DNA of 64,000 bases from a virus. Its lineage: Duplodnaviria > Caudoviricetes. The first letter of the stretch is position 1, and every line of letters begins with the position of its first letter. This document shows positions 8,453 to 18,048 of the stretch, one piece after another. The DNA lies in the IMG/VR virus record IMGVR_UViG_649989997_000001, positions 50,552 to 114,551 of that record; one strand, written 5' to 3'. The position numbers and the translations under genes were made by a program. Under the pieces are notes generated by a model. That model was not told the origin of the DNA. It made no database searches and saw only the letters and a program-made list of their open reading frames with translations.

Positions 8453-10405
8453 TCAATCTTTCTGATAGAATTGGCACTCGAAACCATCGGCACGGAGCGG
8501 GAGTCCGTCTGCCCAAGGCGGGGTTCGCGCCATCTGCTCACAAATGGCAGAAAGAGAAACTCGCTCGTCGCATTCGATGATGAGTTCATCATGGACGTGT
8601 GCAACAATGTCCATCGTCCGCAGCGTTTGCATGGCATAGCAGAGAATGTCGCGACTGATCGCCTGCGTGACATTCTCCACGAGCTTCGGTCCGTAAGATT
8701 CAATCCGTGCCCACTTTTTCGAGAGATTGAGTCCCATGTAAGTGACGGATTCGCCGCCAAACTGATTCTCCCCAATGCGCGGCTTCACATAGGCAAGCCT
8801 GCGCCCACACGGAAGCTCGATGAACATCATGCTGCCTTGATAGATGAACCGGATGCCATGGGTAACCTTTGTGCTGCGCTCCTTGATACAGTCCTTCGTG
8901 GCGCGATCCACCGCCCACCAGAAGTCCACGATGTTCGGATTTGCTGCACGCCATGCATCCACGAGCGGATTCAGCTCCTCTTCCTTCATCCCAGACTCCA
9001 ATGCACCGAATGCTTTCAGCGCACCAACGGAGCCGCCGTATCCACTCGACAATTCTGCTAATTTACCATACTGCCTGAGATGCCCGTTCTCTCCATGCTT
9101 GACCACATTGCAATGGAACATCCTGCCCGCTGTAGCGCAGTAGATGTCGCCATCATTTGCAAAAACGTCCATGCGCCATCGTTCCTTGGCAAGCCATGAC
9201 AGTACCCGTGCTTCAATGGCAGAGAAGTCCGCGACAATGAATTTTCTGCCCTCCTTGGAAATAAAAGCAGTACGGATAAGCTGTGACAGGACATCCGGCA
9301 CGGATTCATAGAGCAGTTCCAGTGCCGCAAAACTTCCCTGCCGCACGAGACTGCGGGCGTATTCGAGGTCGGCGAGATGATTCTGAGGAAGATTTTGTAA
9401 TTGAATGTGGCGTCCCGAAAACCGCCCGGTACGGTTCGCACCATAGAACTGGAACATCCCCCGTGCACGACCATCCGAGCAAACGGTATTCTGCATTGCC
9501 TGATATTTCTTCACCGAGGATTTTGCAAGCTGCTGCCGAAGTTCCAGTACTTCCTTCAGCGGATCGGGAACATTGGCAAGGAGGGCAGTCACGGACTTCT
9601 TGTCGAGCGACTCGGTTTCAACTCCCTGCTCCTTGAGCCATGCCTTCATCTGCGTGACACTGTTCGGGTTCTCAAGGCTGGTCAAAGTTTTCAGCCTGTC
9701 CGTCAGTTTTTCCTTGGTTCGCACGTCGATCTGGACGGCGTTCTCCACCAAGGGCATATCCAGACGTATCCCGCGGTCATTGATCTCCTGGTCGAGTACA
9801 TACTCCTCCCACACCGACTGCGGCACAGGATATTTGGAGAGACGCTTCTGAATCGCCATCTCCACTTCGACATCGCGGCGGTTGTAAGACTTGAAGAGGT
9901 CCCACTTCGCTCCCGTGGGTTCGTGGAACGGAGGCGTTGAAAAATAGCGGATCAGAGCCTTACCCTCGTTCATTTTCTGCTCTTCCAGTCCAAGCACACG
10001 TCCAACGCCGGCAAGTGAGAGCGGCAGTCCCATGTAGGCAGACCAGACCATTGTGCATCGCCAACTGTGGGGACTCAGAAAGCGGGCACACTCCGTAGAA
10101 AGTGGATGATTGTCATGGAACGGATCGAGGGCTATCCCCAAGTCCGACAAGTAACGCGACAGGCACACACGTTCAAAGTTGGCGTTGAATGCCCACTTGA
10201 TGACGCTCTCATCGGTCAGAGCATCCAGAATTTCCTGCGGAATCTGTTCTCCGTTAGCAATGTCAATGACCTGCACAGCACCGCCGTCCACGGAATATCC
10301 AAAGAGCAAGATCGCGAAATCCTCTGCCTCTGCGTATCGATAAACACCACTTTTCCCAATATCCACACTGCTCCGAGTTTCAAGATCGATAGACAATGAT
10401 TCCAT
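8453..10405 (-). CDS. Phage family-A DNA polymerase
   Basis: IDLET exonuclease motif, YGANRTGRFSG, VADFSAIEARV motif A, VHDEL motif C. Confidence 0.93.
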   Translation of the reverse strand: MESLSIDLETRSSVDIGKSGVYRYAEAEDFAILLFGYSVDGGAVQVIDIANGEQIPQEILDALTDESVIKWAFNANFERVCLSRYLSDLGIALDPFHDNHPLSTECARFLSPHSWRCTMVWSAYMGLPLSLAGVGRVLGLEEQKMNEGKALIRYFSTPPFHEPTGAKWDLFKSYNRRDVEVEMAIQKRLSKYPVPQSVWEEYVLDQEINDRGIRLDMPLVENAVQIDVRTKEKLTDRLKTLTSLENPNSVTQMKAWLKEQGVETESLDKKSVTALLANVPDPLKEVLELRQQLAKSSVKKYQAMQNTVCSDGRARGMFQFYGANRTGRFSGRHIQLQNLPQNHLADLEYARSLVRQGSFAALELLYESVPDVLSQLIRTAFISKEGRKFIVADFSAIEARVLSWLAKERWRMDVFANDGDIYCATAGRMFHCNVVKHGENGHLRQYGKLAELSSGYGGSVGALKAFGALESGMKEEELNPLVDAWRAANPNIVDFWWAVDRATKDCIKERSTKVTHGIRFIYQGSMMFIELPCGRRLAYVKPRIGENQFGGESVTYMGLNLSKKWARIESYGPKLVENVTQAISRDILCYAMQTLRTMDIVAHVHDELIIECDERVSLSAICEQMARTPPWADGLPLRADGFECQFYQKD

Positions 10406-10472
10406 GTCACGTCTCCTTCCGTGACAAAGGCAGTGAAGACGAATCCCCACTGCCCATGTCACCTAGTCCTAT

Positions 10473-11033
10473 TTAGCTAAGGAAATCTTCGTCCTCATCA
10501 GTGAAATCATCCTCGGCACGTGTCTTTCCGCCGAGATGCTCCCCGTCGGAAATCTTCTGCAGGTTGTTCAGCCCACAGGCAATTCCGCGATTGCCGTTGC
10601 TGTTGAATGCGTAGAAGTTGATGCTTGCGCGTCCGTACACACCGGAGTAGACCTCCGAGTGCTCGATGATCGGATTGCGGGCGGCATCCACGATACCGGG
10701 AGCTGTGGCCGAGTTTGCATTGATGAAGTAGCTGTCCTTATACGCCTCATCGTCCGGGCGTTCCGCATCACCATCACGGAGTGGTGTCTTGATCGCCGTG
10801 AGTGCGGGAACGGACTTACTGTTGCCCTTGAGTTTGCTCTGTCCCTCATCGTATGCCGCCTGAATGGCGTTCTTGACTGCCGTCACGGTTTTGGTATCAC
10901 TCTTCGGAATGATGAGTGATACGCTGAACTTCAGTGCACCGCCGTTGATGGACTTTGCCTGCCAGACGTTGGCATAGCTCCAACGTGTTTTGACTCCCGT
11001 GATCACTTTTGTCGGATTGATAACTTTTGCCAT
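10473..11033 (-). CDS. DUF2815 family (gp2.5-like ssDNA-binding protein)
   Basis: TRWSYANVW...PLRDGD...VYSGVYGRASINFYAFNSNGNRGIACGLNNLQK; acidic C-terminal tail. Confidence 0.9.
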   Translation of the reverse strand: MAKVINPTKVITGVKTRWSYANVWQAKSINGGALKFSVSLIIPKSDTKTVTAVKNAIQAAYDEGQSKLKGNSKSVPALTAIKTPLRDGDAERPDDEAYKDSYFINANSATAPGIVDAARNPIIEHSEVYSGVYGRASINFYAFNSNGNRGIACGLNNLQKISDGEHLGGKTRAEDDFTDEDEDFLS

Positions 11034-11044
11034 GGTACTTTTCC

Positions 11045-12169
11045 TCAACTTTCCTTAAAATCTTCTGCTGCGGTATTCATCACAGGCCGCTTGTCGCTCA
11101 TCGGAGCGAGGGTTGGTTTCCCCTGTGGCTTTACGATGAAGCCTCCGAGCAGTTCCTCAAACTTACTTTTTCCAAGAAGTGCAGTCATTGCTGTAATCCC
11201 GAGCAGTTTTTGCTCATACGGCTCAAAGCCTGCTTCTTTGACGGTTTTGGCGACCGCCGTCTCATCGGTGTACTTCCGATTCGAGCGGCCTTCGACCAGT
11301 TTCCAGTCCGCCCACTGTTTTCCTTGGATTGCCCGCTGCAAGGCGTATTCCTTGATGTCGCTGACCCATGCGGCGAGCGTGTCGGCTTTTGCAAGCACCG
11401 CCTCCACCTCGGCATCCTCCAGTGTCGGCGGCATCTCGAAGTCATACCGGGCGAGTTCCAGATTGTACTCTGCCCGTTTACGGCAGGTCGCCTTGATCTT
11501 GCAGAACTGACAGTGCGCCCCTGCACTGAACTCGCCTTCTCCTGCGTGTGTCAGCTTTGCCGCAGGTACAAGCGTATCTGCCGCCCATGCCAGAAGGTTG
11601 GCTTTCGAGATGCTGAACTCTGAGATGTTGGCGAGACGAGGTTGAAAGATCACCATCCGCACATCGCCGATGTCGTACAGACCGTCGAACAACTGGACGC
11701 AGCCGAGCGCGTAGCACATCATCTGCGGATTATGGTCTGCACTGACCTCGATGCCCTTGCCGTGCTTGTAGTCCACAATGCAGACGGTCTTACCGGAGAC
11801 GATGAGCGTGTCGGCTGTGCCGAAGCCATCCGGCACAAACGCCGAGAAGTCGACGCGCTGCTCCACCGAAACCATCGTGTCCTTACTCTCGGCGCGGAAC
11901 TGACCGACCAGTTCCATCACGAACTGGCAGTATGCCTCGGCACATTCTTCCATCTCAGTGTCATAGGAGGCGAGATGCTTGGTCGGATCACGTGCCTTTT
12001 CGCCCAGAGCCTTGCGGAGTTTGTACTCGCAGAGCGCATGTGCGTCAGTCCCTTGGGCGGCATACTCGCTCGGCATATCGGATTTATCCGCATTGAGCCG
12101 TGCCGACGGCGGACAGGCAATCCATCGTGCGGCAGAAGATGCAGAGAGGACGGCGTGCTTACGTGCCAA
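11045..12169 (-). CDS. DUF2800 family PD-(D/E)XK (Cas4-like) nuclease
   Basis: HAVLSASSAARWIACPPS...FGTAD...IVDYKHGKG...HCQFCKIKATC. Confidence 0.9.
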   Translation of the reverse strand: MARKHAVLSASSAARWIACPPSARLNADKSDMPSEYAAQGTDAHALCEYKLRKALGEKARDPTKHLASYDTEMEECAEAYCQFVMELVGQFRAESKDTMVSVEQRVDFSAFVPDGFGTADTLIVSGKTVCIVDYKHGKGIEVSADHNPQMMCYALGCVQLFDGLYDIGDVRMVIFQPRLANISEFSISKANLLAWAADTLVPAAKLTHAGEGEFSAGAHCQFCKIKATCRKRAEYNLELARYDFEMPPTLEDAEVEAVLAKADTLAAWVSDIKEYALQRAIQGKQWADWKLVEGRSNRKYTDETAVAKTVKEAGFEPYEQKLLGITAMTALLGKSKFEELLGGFIVKPQGKPTLAPMSDKRPVMNTAAEDFKES

Positions 12170-12449
12170 TGCGCTCAGCCTCCTTCAAGAGTGCCACATA
12201 CTGCTCCGGTACGATGTCGCTGAGTTTGTCCGCACCGAACTTGGCAATCAGTGCCTTGACGGCGCCACTATGTCCTGCGACAGAGAGTTTCGCAAGTACG
12301 GCGCGTACCTCCTCAAGGGTCGGTGCTTCTGTCTTCTCCGTTGGCAACGGTTTCTCTCCTTCAGAACTCTGCACGAATTCCTCCAAGACATCGACCAGTC
12401 GGTGAAGAACGCCGATAAGCTCGGCTATTGCTTCATTTTCCTCCCGCAT
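12159..12449 (-). CDS. Conserved small phage replication-module protein
   Basis: TLEEVRAVLAKLS...VKALIAKFGADKLSDI...Y; usual position upstream of DUF2800. Confidence 0.75.
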   Translation of the reverse strand: MREENEAIAELIGVLHRLVDVLEEFVQSSEGEKPLPTEKTEAPTLEEVRAVLAKLSVAGHSGAVKALIAKFGADKLSDIVPEQYVALLKEAERIGT

Positions 12450-12504
12450 GGAGATCACTTCCTTTCGATTGACTGCGGGGATTTTCACCCTCCTATAAAG
12501 AAGA

Positions 12505-12530
12505 GGACACCACCGTATGTTTTGGTCACC
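12505..12530 (-). promoter_or_regulatory. GGTGACCAAA-N12-GTCC motif, copy 2
   Basis: See copy 1. Confidence 0.65.
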
Positions 12531-12535
12531 GATTT

Positions 12536-13192
12536 TTACATAAAATCTTTGAGCTGTGCCTGAAGCCCGGGCATGAACTTATTCATGCGCTTGCGGACGC
12601 TTTCCTTAGATTTGAAGCCGACAGCAGCGGCAATCGCACGCTCCGACTCTCCCGCCGCCTTGCGGACGAGAATTTCATGGTCGATGGGATCGAGTTCACC
12701 GAGAGCCTCGTACAATTTGCGATTGCGCTCTCTGCAACTGACGGTCTCGGTGACATCCTCGTGAACGGGAAGCGCGGGATCGTTGACTTCCACCGCACGC
12801 TCCAAGGAGATTGTCCGATACACGGGATGTGAGCAGCCATCACAGCTGCGATTGGCGCAGCAGGGTTTTCCTTCATAGATACAGTGCTGCCCACGCTTTT
12901 CCCGCTTATCCTCCCGCCAGATCGGTCGCATGACAGCAGAGTATTGCTCGGCATCGACAGGTGTATAAATTGCCCGCTCCGACGCCTTGAGGAACTTTTC
13001 TCCGGTAGCCTTTCGCCGGACGAGTTCGTCCATGCCCGTATCCCGTAATCTTCCGTTTTCGTGGATCTGAATCAGGACGGGGACATACACGCCCAGCTTC
13101 TTACTGAGCTGAAAACGATGTCCCTGCTGTCGGAGTGCCTTGACCTCCTGCGCGGAGTAGTCTTTAATGATGCCGTTGAGCTGGATTTTCAT
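12536..13192 (-). CDS. Sigma-70 region-4 HTH protein (phage sigma-factor-like activator) with Cys cluster
   Basis: LYEALGELDPIDHEIL...SERAIAAAVGFKSKESVRKR; CIYEGKPCCANRSCDGC. Confidence 0.7.
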   Translation of the reverse strand: MKIQLNGIIKDYSAQEVKALRQQGHRFQLSKKLGVYVPVLIQIHENGRLRDTGMDELVRRKATGEKFLKASERAIYTPVDAEQYSAVMRPIWREDKREKRGQHCIYEGKPCCANRSCDGCSHPVYRTISLERAVEVNDPALPVHEDVTETVSCRERNRKLYEALGELDPIDHEILVRKAAGESERAIAAAVGFKSKESVRKRMNKFMPGLQAQLKDFM

Positions 13193-13214
13193 AGTTTTGC
13201 GTTCCTTTCGTTCT

Positions 13215-13360
13215 TGCCGAACGGCGGGATGCAAAACTACGCACGGGCTTCTATCCGAAAATGGGCATAAAGAAGCACGGTGGGAGCATAGAGATACTGA
13301 CAAGCTCGTTACCTGTCAGCATCCCTATTCGCATCCCGCCGTCCTATGGCCATCTTGGAC
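13215..13360 (-). ncRNA. Candidate structured leader RNA upstream of the sigma-like gene
   Basis: Perfect 12-bp inverted repeat 13221-13232/13331-13342 enclosing a 14-bp hairpin (13291-13325) whose mismatches are G-U pairs on the minus strand. Confidence 0.45.
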
Positions 13361-13437
13361 AACAGATTGACTTACTTAGGGAAACCGAATTTGAATCTTC
13401 CTACCACCACCTTAAAAATCTTTCTCTACATAGGAGC

Positions 13438-13463
13438 GGACACATACATCCGATTTGGTCACC
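13438..13463 (-). promoter_or_regulatory. GGTGACCAAA-N12-GTCC motif, copy 3 (upstream of the sigma-like gene itself)
   Basis: See copy 1. Confidence 0.65.
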
Positions 13464-13610
13464 GCTTTTTGATTAGAATTTTTCCTTATAAAATCAGAAA
13501 AGCCGTGATATAATTGATACATGCACAATCGTCAAAAAATAAAGCCCCAGAGATTCAATCTCTGAGGCTCATCCTATATACAATAGTGTTGCTGTAAACA
13601 GTGAACGGCA

Positions 13611-13646
13611 GTCAATAGCGTCAACTGCGTTAATAGTGTCAATACT
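13611..13646 (+). repeat. Four tandem 9-bp repeats (GTCAATAGC-like) before the NACHT RBS
   Basis: gtcaatagc gtcaactgc gttaatagt gtcaatact. Confidence 0.7.
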
Positions 13647-13664
13647 TGCAAATGAGGTATTTTT

Positions 13665-16271
13665 ATGCTGGAAAACAAAGAATACACATTGTGCGGCGGT
13701 ACCTTCTTCACCCTTCTTCTTCAGGCAAGAAAACAGAGAACCGCCGCCAGGAAAAATGCGGTTGGCGAAAAGGACGGTCTGAATGACAGTGAAGTTCTTG
13801 AAGGACTTATCCGTGTGGCTTTCCCCGACTATATTTCTCCTGCGGGACGTTCGATCCGAACCCATACTTCTTCATATAAAGCGTGCAGGCTCTCTGCCAA
13901 TGAATATCTTCCATTCGATAAAGAAGAGCTCATTCACACGTTTGACCGTGAGATAAAAAAGACTTTTTCTTCCCCTCTTCAGCGCATGTGCCAATTTTCA
14001 TCGTCTTTTATCGATGAGAAAAACATGGGGAGCTGGCTCGTTCGTGCCATTCTCGATACGATCAGCCGAGATCCCAGTATCACAGATGAAATATTCTACG
14101 TTGACCAAAACGGTCATCCAATGGATAAAAACCATATGTTCACGGCGCAGAACATCGACCTGCAGCCGTTCCTTCTTGGTATTTGGCATTTCATTTTATT
14201 GAACCGAGCAGATAACACCGTTGGTGCAACTACTATTGAGTCGTGGCATGATAGACCTACTGTAAAGAGAGCAAGGCGCAAGTTTAATTCAGAGGTTGGA
14301 AAGAACTGGGACAATAATGTTTCTGTCCATATAATTCAGGTCGACGGATCTGTATCAGACAATCAGAAAGATTCCATCAGATCACGTAAGGTTCTGGTCG
14401 ATAAGAGGTCTAGCAATTTTGAGCTTGATTGGGCGGTTCGGAGAAAAATGCGTTCTCCCCAAGACGAATACCGTGCTTATCTTAAAAATACTCGTGAAAA
14501 ATACAATAAATTGAAGACCCTTCTTTATAACGATGCACCTGTGGAGTTTTATAACTTTTACATCTGCAACAATATCGAGCAAAGGATCTATATTAAAAAG
14601 AACCGTTACCAAACGAAAATTATAGAAAACAGTACAGCACAATTACTGCACGAGTGTTCAAATTTCATCTTGATTTCCGGTACGGGCGGTCTCGGAAAAT
14701 CGATGATGATGCGTCACCTTCTTTTGGATTCCATAGAGCATTTTGATGAGTTTGGGAAAATTCCTATCTTTATTCCTTTGAAGGACTACAGTGATTCCTA
14801 TGACAGCTTATTGGATTACATTTTTGAAAAATTTGAGGGTCTCGGTGGATCTAAAAAACTAAACGACCTCTCAAAACTACTCTCACATGGATCGTGCTTG
14901 CTACTGTTTGATGGCTTAGATGAAATAAAATCAGACTGTAGGAAGAAGTTCGAACATGACCTTGAATTTTTTGCCGACAAGTACACCGATAACATGTTCG
15001 TCATATCCTCTCGCCCAGCCGGAGCATTTATATCCCTTCATAGATTTACCGTACTCAACCTCTGCCCATTTACTAAAGAACAGGCACTTTCACTGATTGA
15101 CAAGTTGGATTTTAGACCGGACGAGCCGGCAATCAAGGCGAATTTCCGAAATGAATTAGATAACACCCTATTTCGTACACATATGGAGTTCACCGAAAAT
15201 CCACTCCTTCTCACCATCATGCTTATGACGTATGAGCAATTTGCAGAGATTCCATCAAAAATGCATATTTTTTACAGAGAGGCATACATCACATTATCCC
15301 AAAAACACGATGCAAGCAAAGGAGCATACAAACGCGTCTTAAAGACAGGATTGACTGCAGATCGGTTTGCAGACTATTTTGCTGAGTTCTGCGCACGAAG
15401 CTATCGTGATGAGAAGTTTGAATTCACGGATCTTCTGTTTGATCAGTATTTTAACAGTCTGCACGAACGCACAAAAGAACAGCATAGGGTTACGGCATCA
15501 GATTTCAGAGATGACATCGTTGAAAATATGTGCCTTATGTTTTATGAGAACGGAAAGTATCATTTCACCCATCGCTCTTTCCAAGAATATTTCTGCGCCT
15601 TGTACTTTTCAAAGCAAAAAGATAAGACGTTGAAAGCAATTGGGGATTTTTTTGAAAACAAGAATCGCCGTCACTATTCAGATCAGACATTCAATATGCT
15701 GTATGACATGATCCCGGAGAAAATTGAAGAGTATATATTCTCTCCATTTTTACAATCACTCTTCGAGATGTGTGATGCTGAAAATGGTTATTGGACCTTT
15801 CTTGAGAAATTGTATCCTACGCTGTCCTACGAAAGCGGTGAAACAAACCTACTGATTGACAATGAACCAAACTCCTTTATTTACAATGCTATTATCAGAA
15901 TCCAAGATATAGCTGCGACGTTGGACTTTGATGAATTACCACAAGAGGATGAATATCTTTTGGACGAATGGGTGTATCTGGATTCAGATTATAAATCCCC
16001 TGAGTTCGAATCGGGTACTCTGATAAACAAGGATGATGTACCTTGGGAATATGAGGAGTACTTCGGAGAGCCTGAGGTCATCGGAAGATATTATGAAATT
16101 GATATCGAGGCCATCCTAAGAAAGCCAGAGAAACATGAAGATACTATCCACTTACTTGAAAGTGATGATTTTCCAATAAGGGCAGAGTTTTTAGCCGTTA
16201 GAGCATATATGCAGGAACTCATTGATAAGGAGCAAACTATTGGCGACGATTTGTTTGATTTGTTTCAGTAG
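13665..16271 (+). CDS. NACHT-domain (STAND) NTPase with uncharacterised N-terminal domain
   Basis: GTGGLGKS Walker A, LLLFDGLDE Walker B, VISSRP, NPLLL, FTHRSFQEYFCA; AT-rich relative to phage core. Confidence 0.88.
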   Translation: MLENKEYTLCGGTFFTLLLQARKQRTAARKNAVGEKDGLNDSEVLEGLIRVAFPDYISPAGRSIRTHTSSYKACRLSANEYLPFDKEELIHTFDREIKKTFSSPLQRMCQFSSSFIDEKNMGSWLVRAILDTISRDPSITDEIFYVDQNGHPMDKNHMFTAQNIDLQPFLLGIWHFILLNRADNTVGATTIESWHDRPTVKRARRKFNSEVGKNWDNNVSVHIIQVDGSVSDNQKDSIRSRKVLVDKRSSNFELDWAVRRKMRSPQDEYRAYLKNTREKYNKLKTLLYNDAPVEFYNFYICNNIEQRIYIKKNRYQTKIIENSTAQLLHECSNFILISGTGGLGKSMMMRHLLLDSIEHFDEFGKIPIFIPLKDYSDSYDSLLDYIFEKFEGLGGSKKLNDLSKLLSHGSCLLLFDGLDEIKSDCRKKFEHDLEFFADKYTDNMFVISSRPAGAFISLHRFTVLNLCPFTKEQALSLIDKLDFRPDEPAIKANFRNELDNTLFRTHMEFTENPLLLTIMLMTYEQFAEIPSKMHIFYREAYITLSQKHDASKGAYKRVLKTGLTADRFADYFAEFCARSYRDEKFEFTDLLFDQYFNSLHERTKEQHRVTASDFRDDIVENMCLMFYENGKYHFTHRSFQEYFCALYFSKQKDKTLKAIGDFFENKNRRHYSDQTFNMLYDMIPEKIEEYIFSPFLQSLFEMCDAENGYWTFLEKLYPTLSYESGETNLLIDNEPNSFIYNAIIRIQDIAATLDFDELPQEDEYLLDEWVYLDSDYKSPEFESGTLINKDDVPWEYEEYFGEPEVIGRYYEIDIEAILRKPEKHEDTIHLLESDDFPIRAEFLAVRAYMQELIDKEQTIGDDLFDLFQ

Positions 16272-16453
16272 CTAAAACTTCGCACTCCCCCTATTCCAAG
16301 TTTCTGTTTATCACTTCAATAAGCGCACAGGCAGGAAGTTCCAATAACGTATAACAACTTGTGTAAGGGAGAAGCTAATTTTTCCTTCTCATGCCCAGCT
16401 ACATAAAAAAACCGAGGGATGCAACACACCAATTATCGAGGAGGTAAAGCATC

Positions 16454-16823
16454 ATGAAAGAAATTCAACCAGTGTCCATCTCGTCGGCCACGGACACTCC
16501 AAATATCAGCCGATTTATTTACACTACGTAATCAACAGGTGATGCTTGCCAGCGATCTTGCTATGCTCTACCAAGTGGAGACACGGGTTCTGAATCAGGC
16601 TGTGAAGCGGAATCAGAAAAGATTTCCCGAAAGATATTGCTTCCAGTTAACCAAGGAGGAGGCAAACTTGACATCACGAATTGTGATGTCAAGTTCCGCA
16701 CATGGCGGGCAGCGAATCCCGCCTTACGCCTTTACCGAACAGAGCATAGCTATGCTGTCAGCAATTCTCTGCAGGAATATTTCTGTAGAACTAGTAAAGG
16801 CTACCTCAAGAAAATTTGGTTAA
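16454..16823 (+). pseudogene. Frameshifted and truncated ORF6N-domain gene
   Basis: MKEIQPVS...IYTT* then RNQQVMLASDLAMLYQVETRVLNQAVKRNQKRFP in another frame; similarity ends after ~AILC. Confidence 0.7.
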
Positions 16824-16884
16824 TTGCTATTCACCAGCAAAATTTGAGATCCCAATTTGGCACCTCAAAAGGAAAGGAACTTTT

Positions 16885-17796
16885 ATGAGTGAAAAAGCCC
16901 TTGATCAGACATCCATAGCGCCGATAGACACAAGCCACATACGGAATTTGGTATACACCGTTCGTGGCATTCAAGTCATGCTAGACTCAGATTTGGCGCG
17001 GCTTTATCAGGTAGAAACAAGGATACTGAACCGTAATGTAGCCCGCAACGCTCGTCGCTTTCCAGAGGATTTTCGCTTTCAACTCACAGAAGATGAGTTT
17101 GAAATCTTGAAATCCCAAATTGGGATTTCAAGTGACACTGTGCATGGCGGCAGACGCTATCTCCCCTATGTCTACACCGAGCAAGGGATTTCCATGCTGT
17201 CCGGGGTACTGAGAAGTGATGTCGCCATAGAGGTCAGCATCGGCATTATGCGGGCTTTTGTTGAGATGCGGCATTTCATCGCCAGCAATGCCCATCTTTT
17301 CGAGCGCATAGAGCGAATGGAGCTAAAACAACTCACCTATCAAAAAGAAGCCGATGAAAAATTCGAGCAGATATTTGATTTCATACACACTCATACAGAG
17401 TCCAACCAAAAGATATTCTTCAACGGACAAATCTACGATGCCTTTAGCTTGTTGGCGAGCTTGATTCAAAAGGCTACCAAGGACATCATTCTCATTGACG
17501 GCTATGTGGATATAGGGACGCTCAATCTGTTGGCAAAAAAACAAGCTAATGTTTCCGTGGAAATCCACACATTCAACAATACGAGATTGACGGCAGCAGA
17601 TGTTGCGACCTTCAACAGCCAATATCCAGCGCTTACCATCAATCACACCAACGCCTTTCACGACCGTTTCCTTATTCTTGACCACCAAGAGGCATATCAC
17701 ATTGGCGCATCGCTCAAAGATGCCGGAAAGAAGTGTTTTGCCATCACGCTTTTGCAAGATGAGGCACTCCTACAGGAACTTCTGGCACATTTGTGA
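16885..17796 (+). CDS. ORF6N DNA-binding protein with C-terminal PLD-like domain
   Basis: VMLDSDLARLYQVET...RFPEDFRFQLT...YTEQGISMLS; C-terminal IILIDGY...HDRFLILD...HIGASLKDAG. Confidence 0.85.
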   Translation: MSEKALDQTSIAPIDTSHIRNLVYTVRGIQVMLDSDLARLYQVETRILNRNVARNARRFPEDFRFQLTEDEFEILKSQIGISSDTVHGGRRYLPYVYTEQGISMLSGVLRSDVAIEVSIGIMRAFVEMRHFIASNAHLFERIERMELKQLTYQKEADEKFEQIFDFIHTHTESNQKIFFNGQIYDAFSLLASLIQKATKDIILIDGYVDIGTLNLLAKKQANVSVEIHTFNNTRLTAADVATFNSQYPALTINHTNAFHDRFLILDHQEAYHIGASLKDAGKKCFAITLLQDEALLQELLAHL

Positions 17797-17870
17797 AATA
17801 CATTCACAGTTCGGTGAGACGGCAATGCAGAAAAAACCATCGAAAGCATGAAGAAAATCAAAATAAACCG

Positions 17871-17904
17871 AACGGCGTGTAGCTAAAAGCTACGCGCCGT
17901 TTTT
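17871..17904 (+). terminator. Intrinsic terminator
   Basis: AACGGCGtGTAGCT aaa AGCTACgCGCCGTT then T tract. Confidence 0.7.
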
Positions 17905-18048
17905 GAGTGTGAGTTCTATGCGAAATTGTTATCCATAAATCGTGCAATAATTTCCCCAAAAAATAAAAATCTGTGAGGGAACTTCTATGTACTCACCCCT
18001 ACAGTCTCCTTTAGCTTTCCCCACCAATTCGTATAATTCGATGGAGTA

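Noticed and set aside
11045-12169. Cas4-like nuclease as a sign of CRISPR-Cas
   Set aside because: Standard DUF2800 phage replication gene; no repeat-spacer array or other cas gene seen in the window
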